Positions 9,644-19,772 of a stretch of DNA of 55,401 nt are shown here, piece after piece. The stretch's first letter is position 1. Each line of letters begins with the position of its first letter. This DNA is from a virus. The stretch lies in the IMG/VR virus record IMGVR_UViG_3300049054_000009, positions 1-55,401 of that record. One strand, written 5' to 3'. The notes under the pieces were generated by a model. The model was not told where the DNA came from. It made no database searches and saw only the letters and a list, made by a program, of their open reading frames with translations. Made by a program: the position numbers and the translations under genes.

Positions 9644-10666
9644 CTATACGTTCATCACTACCATAGCACTAGGGTAATACAGAACTGCACCACCATTATG
9701 ACCATCATGTATTTCTATTTCACGTGGCACTTGTTCTTCACCCTTATCAATAATTTTCTGATAAGCACCCGGTGCTGAATTAGGGTTATTAGCATTACGT
9801 GTCATTAAGTAGTTGCCAATTTGCCCACCATCTGTTCTGACACCTACCACTAATACCTTGCCATCACCAATGTAAGGCACAAAAGTGCCAGCATCATCTT
9901 TGTAACCTTCGTCATAAATTTCAATCTGTGGTAACCCTTCACCTAGCAGCACACCATTAATTTCAGTCAGATTAAGAACGGTAAGCAGCCCTGATGTTCT
10001 TCTACCAGCCATGTCATTTACGTTAGTATTTGACACTAAGCGGTTAAAGGTTACCCGGTTCATAATAGCACGGGCATTTGCACCAAAACTTACACCTTTA
10101 CCACGTGAAAGTAATTGAATGTCACGAAAGTTTTTAAGTGGCACTGCTGTAGCACTGGTAGCCCATGTAACACCAGCAGTGTAGGTATTCAGCACATAAG
10201 TATCAGTGTGCAAGATAGCACCATTAGCAGCAGATACAGAAAAAGTGCCAGTGGTCAGCAAAAGCCAGCCTAGCTGTTCAATTCTGTCATAACGTCTGGC
10301 TAACAGTCTATCTTGACGTTTTGCTACAAGGTCATTAACATCTATTGCTGCATTAGTTAATTGACCGTAATTTCTTCTTTTGGTAATTTCTTGTTCATCA
10401 ATTACCATGTGTTCACCATACACGCCCGGTTCTGCTACATAGCGTTTTGCGCCTACATGCTGTACTCTAGGTGGTCTGCCATTAAGCCCACGCACCTGCT
10501 GCAAGCCTGTATAGTCATCTTCTTGTTCCCATTCTAACGTGTGGTTATCAAGGGTATCAATAGGTAGAATGGTAAAAATCATTCTACGTGCTTCAAGGTT
10601 TGCTGCCTTGATAGCTGCTACTGTTCTAAGCACCCGGTTAGTAGGGTAGATTAATGCTTGTGCCAT
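9644..10666 (-). CDS. Major capsid protein (lambda gpE-like)
   Basis: 340 aa, in the lambda-type order S49 protease - scaffold - decoration - capsid, with a strong ribosome-binding region. Confidence 0.8.
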   Translation of the reverse strand: MAQALIYPTNRVLRTVAAIKAANLEARRMIFTILPIDTLDNHTLEWEQEDDYTGLQQVRGLNGRPPRVQHVGAKRYVAEPGVYGEHMVIDEQEITKRRNYGQLTNAAIDVNDLVAKRQDRLLARRYDRIEQLGWLLLTTGTFSVSAANGAILHTDTYVLNTYTAGVTWATSATAVPLKNFRDIQLLSRGKGVSFGANARAIMNRVTFNRLVSNTNVNDMAGRRTSGLLTVLNLTEINGVLLGEGLPQIEIYDEGYKDDAGTFVPYIGDGKVLVVGVRTDGGQIGNYLMTRNANNPNSAPGAYQKIIDKGEEQVPREIEIHDGHNGGAVLYYPSAMVVMNV

Positions 10667-10711
10667 ATTTTTTATTTTTCCTTTTATTGAATTTCTTAGC
10701 CTTAGCAGCTA

Positions 10712-11476
10712 TTAAGTTAAATGTAAGATGCCATCACTGTTTTTGCCTGATTGCAGCCTGCCTAAAGCAGCTATAACAGCATCACCAGTAGCATCATCAG
10801 TTAAAGCAGCAGGTGTATCAGAACCACCAGCCAGTGGTGTAGCTGCCATAGCTATAACCACACCAGCACCAGTATCAGCACCTGCATTAGCAGCAGTGAT
10901 AAGTGCAGATGCAGCAGCAGATGCTAAGATAGCAGCAGCAATTTGTGCAGACGTGCTAGTAATAGCACCAGCACCATCAGTAGCAAGATTAACCGTAATA
11001 GCTTTACCTACTACTACTACTGATAAAACTGCATTATTACCAGCAGGGTCAACATATCTGATAGTAATACTATTACCAATTACACCAGACAAGACTGATG
11101 TGAATTTTAAATCATTATTCGCACCAGCTAAGGCAGTAGTAAGTGTAGCCACAGGTAAGATGCCTTTTAGGTCAGCAGTTTTAAAATGCCCGGTGCTATA
11201 CATAGATGTATAAAAATCACCTACACCTATTTCATTGCTGGCTTGCCCACCCATGAAATGTTCACCAGCAGAATTTACCACCATATCATATTCAAGTAAG
11301 CCTTTAGCCTTAGCTGCTGTATCTAAGGCTTTGAACGTGCCAAACACTGCTGTTTCTTGAAGCACTTGACCAGCTACATATACACCTTCTACCAGCTTGA
11401 TAGGGTCAGTAGTAGGTGTGGGTGTAGCATACAAAGGCAGCAGTTTTTGTGCAGAATAATTTACTGTATTTAACAT
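10712..11476 (-). CDS. Head decoration protein (gpD-like N-terminal domain plus C-terminal extension)
   Basis: 254 aa, immediately upstream of the capsid gene. N-terminal ~110 aa looks gpD-like. The C-terminal part has the motif GNSITIRYVDPAGNNAVLSVVVVGKAITVNLATD. Confidence 0.55.
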   Translation of the reverse strand: MLNTVNYSAQKLLPLYATPTPTTDPIKLVEGVYVAGQVLQETAVFGTFKALDTAAKAKGLLEYDMVVNSAGEHFMGGQASNEIGVGDFYTSMYSTGHFKTADLKGILPVATLTTALAGANNDLKFTSVLSGVIGNSITIRYVDPAGNNAVLSVVVVGKAITVNLATDGAGAITSTSAQIAAAILASAAASALITAANAGADTGAGVVIAMAATPLAGGSDTPAALTDDATGDAVIAALGRLQSGKNSDGILHLT

Positions 11477-11534
11477 ATTTTTTATTTTCCTTTTGTTTAT
11501 TTTGTTGGCTGGTCATACCAGCCCATGCTGCCAG

Positions 11535-12227
11535 TTACACACCTTCTGGTGCATTAATAGCAAACTGATTAAAAGCCTTGCCTAAGTTAATAGGTCTTTC
11601 TACCTTGCCATCATTGGTAGCTATAACTACCTTACCTTCTTTCATAGCTTGAACAGATTGCATGCCTATTTCTGTTTTGCCTAATAATGCAGTAACCATA
11701 GCAGCATCTTTTTCTGATTCTGTTCTGTTATCCACAGCACCAGTGGTGGGCAAAATAACAGCAGTGGCACTGGCTACAGCTTCTGTAAGCATGTGATTTA
11801 CAGGTCTGGCATTAATACTGGCTTTATATTGATTTAATGCAGCAGGGTCATCAAGACTGGCAAGCTGCACAAAAAGCTGCTGCACAGCAGTTTGTTCTGC
11901 TGGTGCAATCTTGCCAGCATTAACAGCCATAAAGGTCTGACATTCAGCAGTAATACGTGCTGTTTTTTCTTGTGCAAGCTGTGCTAGAACTGCCTGCATA
12001 CCTTCATTACCACCGGGCATTACTACAGCATGTGGCTGTGCAGGTGGTGCTACTGGTGCAGGTGCAGTAATAACGGGCTGTGTAATTGGTGCAGTGTTTA
12101 CAGATGCAGCCATTTGCAGGTATTCTGCCTGTTCTGCTTCTGCTGTTACACCCATATCTACTAATGCTGCCTTTTGTTCATCAGGTGACAGACCAGCCAG
12201 CATTTTTGCTAAAATTTCCTTAGTCAT
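11535..12227 (-). CDS. Scaffolding-like protein
   Basis: 230 aa, Ala/Gln-rich, between the protease and the decoration gene. Confidence 0.5.
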   Translation of the reverse strand: MTKEILAKMLAGLSPDEQKAALVDMGVTAEAEQAEYLQMAASVNTAPITQPVITAPAPVAPPAQPHAVVMPGGNEGMQAVLAQLAQEKTARITAECQTFMAVNAGKIAPAEQTAVQQLFVQLASLDDPAALNQYKASINARPVNHMLTEAVASATAVILPTTGAVDNRTESEKDAAMVTALLGKTEIGMQSVQAMKEGKVVIATNDGKVERPINLGKAFNQFAINAPEGV

Positions 12228-13149
12228 ATATTTCTATTTTCCTTATTTTTATTTGATTTTCTGACAAGGCAGCAGTGACTACATTACGTAAGCCTGCCAC
12301 TACCCTTTCACTTACCACAGCACCCATGCTGGCTGCTTGATAGCTACCATCTTGCTGTAATTCCATTAAAATATCTTCAAAGCTACCTAAGCGGTCAGCC
12401 ATACCTACTGCTATGGCATCTGCTGCATACAGTAAACCACCTTGCCCAAACTTTTCATTTACTGTATCTACAGTAACACCACGCATGCTAGCCACATCAT
12501 CTATAAACATAGTTTCTGCTGTGTCTATTTCAGCTTGTATAAGGCTTTCACCCTTGCTAGTGTCAGCAGGTGCATTTTTGTTTACTGCATACTTAGAAGT
12601 AAACCGCTTTTGATTAGGGTTTTTAGCTATATTTGCTATAGCCATGATACCTATAGAACCTACACGGGCTGTTCTGTGCATTATAATCTGGTCACATGCC
12701 ACTGCCAGCCAGTAGCCAGCACTTGCACAAAGGTCACCTACATAAGCCCAAATTGGTTTTTTACCACGTGCTGCAAAAATGATACTAGCTAATTCAGCTA
12801 TACCATTTACTTCACCACCCGGTGTATCAAAATCAAAAAGAATAGCCTTTACTTGTGGGTCATTTAAGGCTGCATAAAAGTCTTTTGCTATCGTTTGAAC
12901 ACTAGCACTATTACCACTAAGGGCATCAAATAAGGCTGCACGTCTAAAAATAACGCTATGCACAGGTATGATGCTAACACCACCACGTATTTCTACAGTG
13001 CGTGTGTTTTCAAGTGGCTTACCTAGCTGTGTGGACACTGCCACCGGGTCAGTAACACCAGCAGCAATAGATTCAATAATATCTAAATATTCTGGTGTAA
13101 CACCCCATGCTATAGTGCTGGCTATTCGTAGTGCTGTAGGTATGCCCAT
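12220..13149 (-). CDS. Prohead protease, S49 (SppA/ClpP-fold, lambda gpC-like)
   Basis: Motifs DTPGGEVNG and GDLCASAGYWLAVACD (Ser nucleophile context). Follows the portal gene. Confidence 0.85.
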   Translation of the reverse strand: MGIPTALRIASTIAWGVTPEYLDIIESIAAGVTDPVAVSTQLGKPLENTRTVEIRGGVSIIPVHSVIFRRAALFDALSGNSASVQTIAKDFYAALNDPQVKAILFDFDTPGGEVNGIAELASIIFAARGKKPIWAYVGDLCASAGYWLAVACDQIIMHRTARVGSIGIMAIANIAKNPNQKRFTSKYAVNKNAPADTSKGESLIQAEIDTAETMFIDDVASMRGVTVDTVNEKFGQGGLLYAADAIAVGMADRLGSFEDILMELQQDGSYQAASMGAVVSERVVAGLRNVVTAALSENQIKIRKIEIYD

Positions 13150-13151
13150 AA

Positions 13152-14882
13152 TTATTTATCACCTTTGATGGTGGGTGGCTTGCCACCCTTCCCTTTTGCT
13201 TTATCTGGTTCTGTGTCACCTTCTTCTTGACCATCACCAGTGCCTTCACCATCATCTTGTAAATCTTTCTTTTGGCTTTCTTGTGCAAGCTGTTTTGCTA
13301 TACGTTTAAAAGCCCGTTCTGCTTCTGTAGGTAGTGGTATGCCTATTTGTGTGAAAAGATGGTTAAGCTGGCTTTCTGTGCAAATATCAGCCAGTGCTTT
13401 AACTGCCTGTGCATCTTGTGACCAGTCACGTGCTTCTGTATCACCTAGTGAAGTTTTAGGTAGCAGTTCATCAGCATCTTCATCACCAAAATTATATCTA
13501 ACCAGTGGCTTAAAAATATCATAACGCACCATATCAGCTATGGTATCACGCACCCACCATACTATCTGGTCTATCACCCTTGCCTGTGAACCAGTAGCAC
13601 CCTTAGTTTGGTGTGTACTATCACGGGTGGCAAGTTGCTGAAATAAAATAGCCATTGTAATTTCACTGCCAAATTTATCTAAAGCCCGTGTAAATACTTC
13701 ACCTTCACTATTAGCTTCAAGTAAGGTAAAGTCAGTACCTTCTGGTGCTACACCTACCTGATGATTACGCATCTTGCCTAACATATTAAGCAAAAATTGG
13801 TGGGCTTGAATAGTGATAGGTTCACCATTTTCATCTTTCTTAGTAGTTACACCATCATCTTCATATAAAGTTACTTCATCTTGACCTGCTGCCACTGTAG
13901 CAATAATACCCGGTATGGCTGATACCATTAAGAATAGTAAATATTCTGGAAAGGTACGCCTTTTCATATCCCATCCGTTAAGTGCAGCATTTAAAGCACT
14001 TTGCCCACGTGGGTCATTATTTTTAGGTCTGTAGGTGAATACTGCAAACTTTTCACGTGGTATAACTTCTGACATATCAGCCACCATAGTGGTTTGCACT
14101 ACACTGGCTTGACCGGGCAAAGCACCTAGCATACCTAATTCATTCATGTAAGCATCTACTACAAATGCAATAGCTTCACGTGGCTTAGGTTTAAGTGCCT
14201 TTAAGCACCACTTGCCAGTATCAGTACCACGTGCTGCAATTTCTAGCACCTGTTCTGCTACCTTGTTACCATGTGCCATACCTTCAAAACATAATTGAAA
14301 TAGGGTGGCAGCTATCTTAGGTACACGGTCATACTGCCTTTGGCAAAAGTCTGCTATTTCTTTAGCACGTTCTACACGTGGGTCAGTAGCTGCTGGCATA
14401 GGTGCAGTGTCATCTGCATCATCAGGTGCATCTAAGGCAGGTATATTATCTTTTTGGTTATTTTTGGTAGTGTCTGGCAGGTTTGTCTTAGGTGTGGGAT
14501 TTTCTAAAGGGTCACCCGTGTCAGCAGCTTCATCTTTTTTATTTATCTGTAAGGCACTTTCAGTAACTGCTGGTGTTATCATCATATCTTCATTCATAGC
14601 CATCAAAGCTATAAGCATAAGACCTGCAAATACATCAGGGTCAGCTAACATTTCTTCTATGATGACATGGCTGATGTTACCTAGCCCGGTGCGTAAGCTG
14701 GTATCATCATACTGACCTAACACACGTGGCATAGCAGCACCATAAGGGCTGCCAGATACATATTCTGCACCGGGCTTAATCTTAGTGTTAGGCTTGATAG
14801 GTATTACATTATTAGATGGTGTCATATAAAAGAAAAGCTGCACCTGTGCTATTTTCGCCAAAAGCACTGATGCAGCTTGCAT
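13152..14882 (-). CDS. Portal protein
   Basis: 576 aa, between TerL and the protease. The start is uncertain; an alternative ATG is at 14825 (MTPSNN..). Confidence 0.75.
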   Translation of the reverse strand: MQAASVLLAKIAQVQLFFYMTPSNNVIPIKPNTKIKPGAEYVSGSPYGAAMPRVLGQYDDTSLRTGLGNISHVIIEEMLADPDVFAGLMLIALMAMNEDMMITPAVTESALQINKKDEAADTGDPLENPTPKTNLPDTTKNNQKDNIPALDAPDDADDTAPMPAATDPRVERAKEIADFCQRQYDRVPKIAATLFQLCFEGMAHGNKVAEQVLEIAARGTDTGKWCLKALKPKPREAIAFVVDAYMNELGMLGALPGQASVVQTTMVADMSEVIPREKFAVFTYRPKNNDPRGQSALNAALNGWDMKRRTFPEYLLFLMVSAIPGIIATVAAGQDEVTLYEDDGVTTKKDENGEPITIQAHQFLLNMLGKMRNHQVGVAPEGTDFTLLEANSEGEVFTRALDKFGSEITMAILFQQLATRDSTHQTKGATGSQARVIDQIVWWVRDTIADMVRYDIFKPLVRYNFGDEDADELLPKTSLGDTEARDWSQDAQAVKALADICTESQLNHLFTQIGIPLPTEAERAFKRIAKQLAQESQKKDLQDDGEGTGDGQEEGDTEPDKAKGKGGKPPTIKGDK

Positions 14883-14984
14883 AACTTGCTACTTGGCACT
14901 TCTATGTAAGTGCCTTAAATGCCATATTTTCAAGTTAAAAAAGAAAATTTCAGTGATGTTTGTAACACAGTATATTTTGTGGTG

Positions 14985-15191
14985 TCAAGTAATAATAGTG
15001 CCAGATGTTGTATTTTTTTGTTTTTGTTCTGTATTTTCCCTAAAATAATAAGTTCTAATCCTTTTGCAAATGCACTTAAATATAATGCCATCAATATTTT
15101 CAGTAGGCATGACCGTGCCTTTATAAGTCACACTGCTAGCATTATGGCTTGCCAGATAAGCACCACACTTTTTACAATAAATCTTTATCAT
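14985..15191 (-). CDS. Small zinc-ribbon-like protein
   Basis: 68 aa with CKKCG...CICK; ATGA overlap with the TerL stop. Confidence 0.5.
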   Translation of the reverse strand: MIKIYCKKCGAYLASHNASSVTYKGTVMPTENIDGIIFKCICKRIRTYYFRENTEQKQKNTTSGTIIT

Positions 15192-16813
15192 CTTCTACCT
15201 ATAGGCTTTTCATTATAACCAGCCATACTAGGGTGCTTAACCAGTGTAGTGGTGTTACGTAAACCTGCTACTGCTGGTGCTACTGGTTCTGGTGCTTTCA
15301 GTTCACGGGCTTTTTGCACTATTGTATAAGCATCAGCTTCATCATCATTCATACCGGGTGGTGCTTTAAGGGTGCTGCCTTCTATACTAGAAAGCTGTTC
15401 AAATGTTTTTTCATCAAATATCATGCAATCTTCACTGGTGACAGTGCCAGCAAAATCATCATACTTTACTACATTGGTACGTTTATTACTTTGCCAGCCC
15501 GGTTTACCATCTTCACCATTAATAAGCCTTACTTTTTTCTTTTTAGTGCTGTTACGTAAATTAGCTAACACAGCATGACCATGATTATTTCTTTCTACTA
15601 ATGCAGGTGCATCATTATACCATGCAGATAATGTTTCTATGTAACTAGCATGCACATCTACATCATCTTTACCAGATAATACAGCACACTGGCTACCAGT
15701 CTGTGCATCAGCTACCTGTATAGCACTGTCATCACTATTAGGGTTACCTTCTGCCGGGTCACTACCTATTACATACCTTCTACCCTTACGTGGTGGTAGA
15801 TAGACACGTAAGCCCGGTAAGTGTGGCATGCCAGATTTTAATTCTATAGGGCTAGATGGTGCATACACCTTAGATAGAACCTTATATGGTAGCCTTTTAT
15901 CTACCTGCTTAGGTGCTAATGCTTCTGTATCAGTAGCAGGGTAGTTTTCATATAAGCTATCTATGCCATCTTTACCTGCTTCTGCATCACGTTTTTGCCT
16001 TTCATACCATTCTGGTGTACGTGATGGTCTTACTTCCCATGATAAAAAGTAAGGCTTGTAGCTGTTTTCACCCTTCTTAGCACCCTTATAGATGGCTTTA
16101 AATTCAGACATGGGCAAAGATTTATTTACCTTGCTAAGTAAAATAAGCTGACCACCACCATCAATAGTAGGTTTTACACGTAATAGTAGGGCTGCAAGGT
16201 CTGGTACTAAGTCTGCTTCATCTACTATGGCAAGTGTAGCAGTGTAACTATCACCAGCAGATGTAGGAAAAGCACGGGCTACAGAACCATTTGCCATCTG
16301 CCATAGATGCCCACCATCTATATCTACTGTTCTAGGTATCCATTCATAGGTATCACTTTCTTCAAGATGGTTACGCATCATCAGCCAGCTAGGTAGTCTT
16401 TTATACATACCTTTCAAGCGGTCAGTAGAAAGTAAATACACAGCTTCTGTGTCACGTAATGAGAATAGCAGCACTGTAGCAGCAGGGTAGAATAACATCA
16501 GCCATAGTGCATAAGCTAATACCAGCCATGTCATGCCAAGCTGCCTAGCTTTCAGAATAACTACTTGCTTTTCAGTAGTAAGGTCTATAGCTATTTCTTG
16601 CTGTTCTACCCATAATAAAAAAGGTATCCACTTTTTAGCAGTAGCATCATAGATTTTGACGTAATTAATAACAAAATACACAAAATCAGCAGCACATTTT
16701 TCAGCTTCTGGTATATGTTCGCGCTGCCTTCTTCTACGTTCCTTTTCAGCAGCAGCTAACTGTGCTGGTGTCAGTTCTTCTTTTCGTATTTTGCCAGTGT
16801 AGTTAGTAGTCAT
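15188..16813 (-). CDS. terL: Terminase large subunit
   Basis: 541 aa. Walker-A-like ILKARQLGMTW, Walker-B IVDEAD, and a C-terminal nuclease-like region. Confidence 0.85.
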   Translation of the reverse strand: MTTNYTGKIRKEELTPAQLAAAEKERRRRQREHIPEAEKCAADFVYFVINYVKIYDATAKKWIPFLLWVEQQEIAIDLTTEKQVVILKARQLGMTWLVLAYALWLMLFYPAATVLLFSLRDTEAVYLLSTDRLKGMYKRLPSWLMMRNHLEESDTYEWIPRTVDIDGGHLWQMANGSVARAFPTSAGDSYTATLAIVDEADLVPDLAALLLRVKPTIDGGGQLILLSKVNKSLPMSEFKAIYKGAKKGENSYKPYFLSWEVRPSRTPEWYERQKRDAEAGKDGIDSLYENYPATDTEALAPKQVDKRLPYKVLSKVYAPSSPIELKSGMPHLPGLRVYLPPRKGRRYVIGSDPAEGNPNSDDSAIQVADAQTGSQCAVLSGKDDVDVHASYIETLSAWYNDAPALVERNNHGHAVLANLRNSTKKKKVRLINGEDGKPGWQSNKRTNVVKYDDFAGTVTSEDCMIFDEKTFEQLSSIEGSTLKAPPGMNDDEADAYTIVQKARELKAPEPVAPAVAGLRNTTTLVKHPSMAGYNEKPIGRR

Positions 16814-16917
16814 TTCTGATTACTGGTTAGTGCTTTTACAGCAAAGATACCAGCAGCACCTAGTAGTAAGCATGCTACAGCACATAAGTCTGTATTAGTC
16901 AAGTATATTAGTAGCAT
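16810..16917 (-). CDS. 35-aa single-TM peptide between TerS and TerL (below the ORF-track length cutoff)
   Basis: The ATG directly follows the stop of 16918..17559 and its TGA overlaps the TerL ATG (ATGA). Sequence MLLIYLTNTDLCAVACLLLGAAGIFAVKALTSNQK. Confidence 0.45.
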   Translation of the reverse strand: MLLIYLTNTDLCAVACLLLGAAGIFAVKALTSNQK

Positions 16918-17559
16918 TTAACCTTCTGTTAGTAGTTCATCTAATTCTGCATCAGACAATTTACCAAAATCAATTTTAATTTTCTTTCTATCAGTTTCTT
17001 GACCAGTAGCCAGCCTAGCTATCTTGCTGCCTATTTCAAAAAACTTAGCCATATCACTAGGTGACCAGTCAAGTGGTTCATAGGTGATTACCTGTTTAAT
17101 AATGATTCTGCCTTGTGGGTCAAGACTATCTAAGTATTCTGTTACTGTTTCCCTAAATAATGGTGTATTCAGCATCTGTCTAACCTTATTAAGAAATTGC
17201 TGTGCTATATCCCATTCTTGCTGCCTTTGTTCATCACGCCTTTCTAACCACTGTTCATCTATTTTTTCCCTATGCCTTCTTTTCTTTTCTAATTCCTTAT
17301 TATTTTCATTATTATCATAAGCATCAGCCCGTTCTAACCATTTATACTTAGCACTGTAAGCACCTATAGCACCACGTGATAACCTTGTTTTAGCTGCTAC
17401 CCGGTCTAATTTACGTGGCACGGGCAAGCCTAGATATAATTTAAAATACTGATAAGCCCGGTTAGGTTCATCTGGCAGCTTACGCCACTTATAATCTACC
17501 ACGTCAAGCATATCAGCTTCATGTATCACTAATTGCTGGTTACCTTTCACTTGTTTCAT
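16918..17559 (-). CDS. terS: Terminase small subunit-like protein
   Basis: 213 aa upstream of TerL. Basic/HTH-like N-terminal half and a coiled-coil, charged C-terminal half. Confidence 0.5.
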   Translation of the reverse strand: MKQVKGNQQLVIHEADMLDVVDYKWRKLPDEPNRAYQYFKLYLGLPVPRKLDRVAAKTRLSRGAIGAYSAKYKWLERADAYDNNENNKELEKKRRHREKIDEQWLERRDEQRQQEWDIAQQFLNKVRQMLNTPLFRETVTEYLDSLDPQGRIIIKQVITYEPLDWSPSDMAKFFEIGSKIARLATGQETDRKKIKIDFGKLSDAELDELLTEG

Positions 17560-17560
17560 A

Positions 17561-17911
17561 CTATTTACTTGCTTCTATAGCCAACTGCTGCCAGTGGGTA
17601 GCCATTCTTAAATTCCTATTTAGATTAAAAGTTACCTGTAAGCCTTCTACATGCAGCACACAGGCATTTACAGTGTCAAAATACCGGGTATCAGCACCAC
17701 TAGCAGCCCAAAAAGCCAGCCTGTTATACTGCCATGCTGTGGGCTTTTCACCTAGTATCTTTATTTCATAAAAGCCAGCCAGCCCATAGGTCACTACCAG
17801 TATATCTATATCACGGTTAGTGGCTGATGACCATAATTTTTTGATTCTTGTGCATGGCAGCTTGCCTATCTTATCTTTAAGGCTAACTATCATTGAATTT
17901 TCACTTGCCAT
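17561..17911 (-). CDS. Hypothetical protein
   Basis: 116-aa ORF at the start of the late operon. Confidence 0.5.
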   Translation of the reverse strand: MASENSMIVSLKDKIGKLPCTRIKKLWSSATNRDIDILVVTYGLAGFYEIKILGEKPTAWQYNRLAFWAASGADTRYFDTVNACVLHVEGLQVTFNLNRNLRMATHWQQLAIEASK

Positions 17912-18089
17912 ATATCTTGCCTTTTAACCATTTTATAAACCTATCCCATAAGGTAGGGTTATACTGCTTTCTAATATACTTTATTACCTGCTTTCTTTCA
18001 GAAGATGATAGGCAGGTATCATATATGTAGATACCTTTTAAGTCACCTTGCCAGCTTTGACTGGTCTGCCTTGTTTGTGCTGTATCCAT
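17901..18089 (-). CDS. Hypothetical protein (first late-operon ORF)
   Basis: 62-aa ORF following the 465-bp non-coding region. Confidence 0.45.
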   Translation of the reverse strand: MDTAQTRQTSQSWQGDLKGIYIYDTCLSSSERKQVIKYIRKQYNPTLWDRFIKWLKGKIYGK

Positions 18090-18141
18090 ATTAGTTTTTC
18101 AATGTTTCCACAGGTTTTAGATGTGGCTGATGGTATCACAT

Positions 18142-18354
18142 GCACGTGGGAAAATAAACCATAAATATAAGGCTACATGACCAGACACATACATTTATAC
18201 ATAATTCATGTATTTCTATACTTTTTATTTCAAAAGTGTATAATGCTGTAAACCCTGCATCTACACCACTTACCTACATATTCACCACATAATATATACA
18301 CATTACACTTTTTCTGGCTATTTTCATTACTATTTTATCCTTACGCGCATGCGT
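18142..18354. repeat. Non-coding module A, homologous to 35065..35295
   Basis: Blocks shared with module B: gcacgtgggaaaata, ccagacacata, aaggctac, tttctatactttttattt[c/g]aaaagtgtata (1 mismatch), ctacacataat, cgcgcatgcg. Confidence 0.85.
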
Positions 18355-18486
18355 ATTCTATATACCAAAGCACCCTAGAATACCTGTAACTATAAGCGAA
18401 CAAAGGAAAACGCCAAATATACACATTTGAATTACAAATATATATATCTACACATAATATGTATAGTGGATTTTATTAAGTAGTTG

Positions 18487-18524
18487 AAAGTAAAGTGGTT
18501 TACGCTTTTTAGGACGTAAACCAC
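18487..18524 (-). terminator. Rho-independent-type terminator ending the early arm
   Basis: 10-bp stem gtggtttacg (18495-18504) pairs with cgtaaaccac (18515-18524), followed on the minus strand by a T-rich TTTACTTT. Confidence 0.6.
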
Positions 18525-18554
18525 CTTAAAATAAATGTATATTCTTGTCAAGCC

Positions 18555-19772
18555 TTATTCTTGATTTTGTGAAGTATGCCACCGGGCTGCATCTTCAATA
18601 ATGTCTTTCAGCTTTTCTATCATCACATCATAACCATCTGCTGCTGGTATCACATTAAGAATGTTTGCAGCCCTTTGTGCAGCTTCAAACCCATTTCTGT
18701 ATCTGTTTATCAGACTGACAAGTTGAAAGCCCGGTAAAAGGCTGTATTGACTTTCTGGCTGATTTATTAAAAAATCCATTAAAATGGGTGGCAGTTCATA
18801 AAAATCTGGTTCATTAAGATGGTCTTTATTTTGCCAGTGCCATGATTCATTTCTAAGCCTTTCATTAAACATTTGTATTCTGACCACTAAAGGTTCATCA
18901 AGCTGGCTTTCTGGCTGGTCTGCCATGACACCATTAAAATAGTCAGTAATGGCAGCCCACAAGCCCGGTAATAGTTCATCACGCTGCTGGTGCTGTTCTA
19001 CTGCTTCATTCACGGTCAGTGCTTCTGATAGCATTAATTCAAGTTCATCACGGGTAAAGGGTGAAAAATCACGTCTGGTGGCTTTATCCTTAATGCCCGG
19101 TGCTGACTGACCAGCTATAAATAAATCTTGGCTGCCTAAATCTAACTGCTTCTTTTCAGTTTCTGCATCTAAAACCTGTGGTGCAAAAGTGCCAGACAGT
19201 TCATTAGTCTTAGGTATTAAAGCACCATCAGATACATCTACATGGTTAGCCCATGCAGTAGTTTCTGCTATCTGCTGGCTAACTGCATCACCAGCTATGA
19301 ACTGATTAAAGATAATGGCTATAAAATCATCATCATTCTTATGTTCATCTAAGAAGTCTTGCAGCTTGCCTAAGCAGGTATCAAAGCCAGCCTTGAACAT
19401 TTCAAAGCCATCATGTGACTGTGCTGCTATAGTAGCTTCTGGTGGTGTCTTGGCTGGTGATTCATCAAAATCTACAGCATAAGGGTTATCATTATACTTT
19501 CTAGCCCATTCTTTAAATACTTCATCTGAAATACCCTTGCCACGTGGGTCATTATCTACTATTAATACAGTTCTAGGCTTATCTGTATCTAATTTTAAAT
19601 CATCACCATCTTCATAGGTAGCATGTCTAGCACTAGGTGCTGACCATGATTTATCATCATCTACAAACTGTGCAGCAGTGTCATCTGGTAGCTGCAAGTT
19701 ATCTATTGCTTGTTCTACTTCATCAGTAAAACTGACTTCGTTGTTTTCTGGTTCATCCATATTATCTGACAT
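18555..19772 (-). CDS. Highly acidic hypothetical protein
   Basis: 405 aa, D/E-rich throughout, with the consensus ribosome-binding region; last gene of the early arm. Confidence 0.6.
   Translation of the reverse strand: MSDNMDEPENNEVSFTDEVEQAIDNLQLPDDTAAQFVDDDKSWSAPSARHATYEDGDDLKLDTDKPRTVLIVDNDPRGKGISDEVFKEWARKYNDNPYAVDFDESPAKTPPEATIAAQSHDGFEMFKAGFDTCLGKLQDFLDEHKNDDDFIAIIFNQFIAGDAVSQQIAETTAWANHVDVSDGALIPKTNELSGTFAPQVLDAETEKKQLDLGSQDLFIAGQSAPGIKDKATRRDFSPFTRDELELMLSEALTVNEAVEQHQQRDELLPGLWAAITDYFNGVMADQPESQLDEPLVVRIQMFNERLRNESWHWQNKDHLNEPDFYELPPILMDFLINQPESQYSLLPGFQLVSLINRYRNGFEAAQRAANILNVIPAADGYDVMIEKLKDIIEDAARWHTSQNQE

Noticed and set aside
13073-13288. Nested or alternative-frame minus-strand ORFs (13073..13288; the N-terminal extensions of 21280..21963, 23909..24238, 27936..28574, 30374..31684, 31668..32132, 40185..40535)
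   Set aside because: They overlap better-supported genes, or start upstream of an ATG that carries the consensus ribosome-binding region or an ATGA/TAATG coupling signal. The extensions translate to implausible peptides.
18090-18554. tRNA or other structured RNA gene in the long spacers
   Set aside because: I could not trace a cloverleaf or a T-loop consensus (GGTTCGAAT-like). Only simple hairpins and palindromes are visible, so an sRNA remains possible but unsupported.
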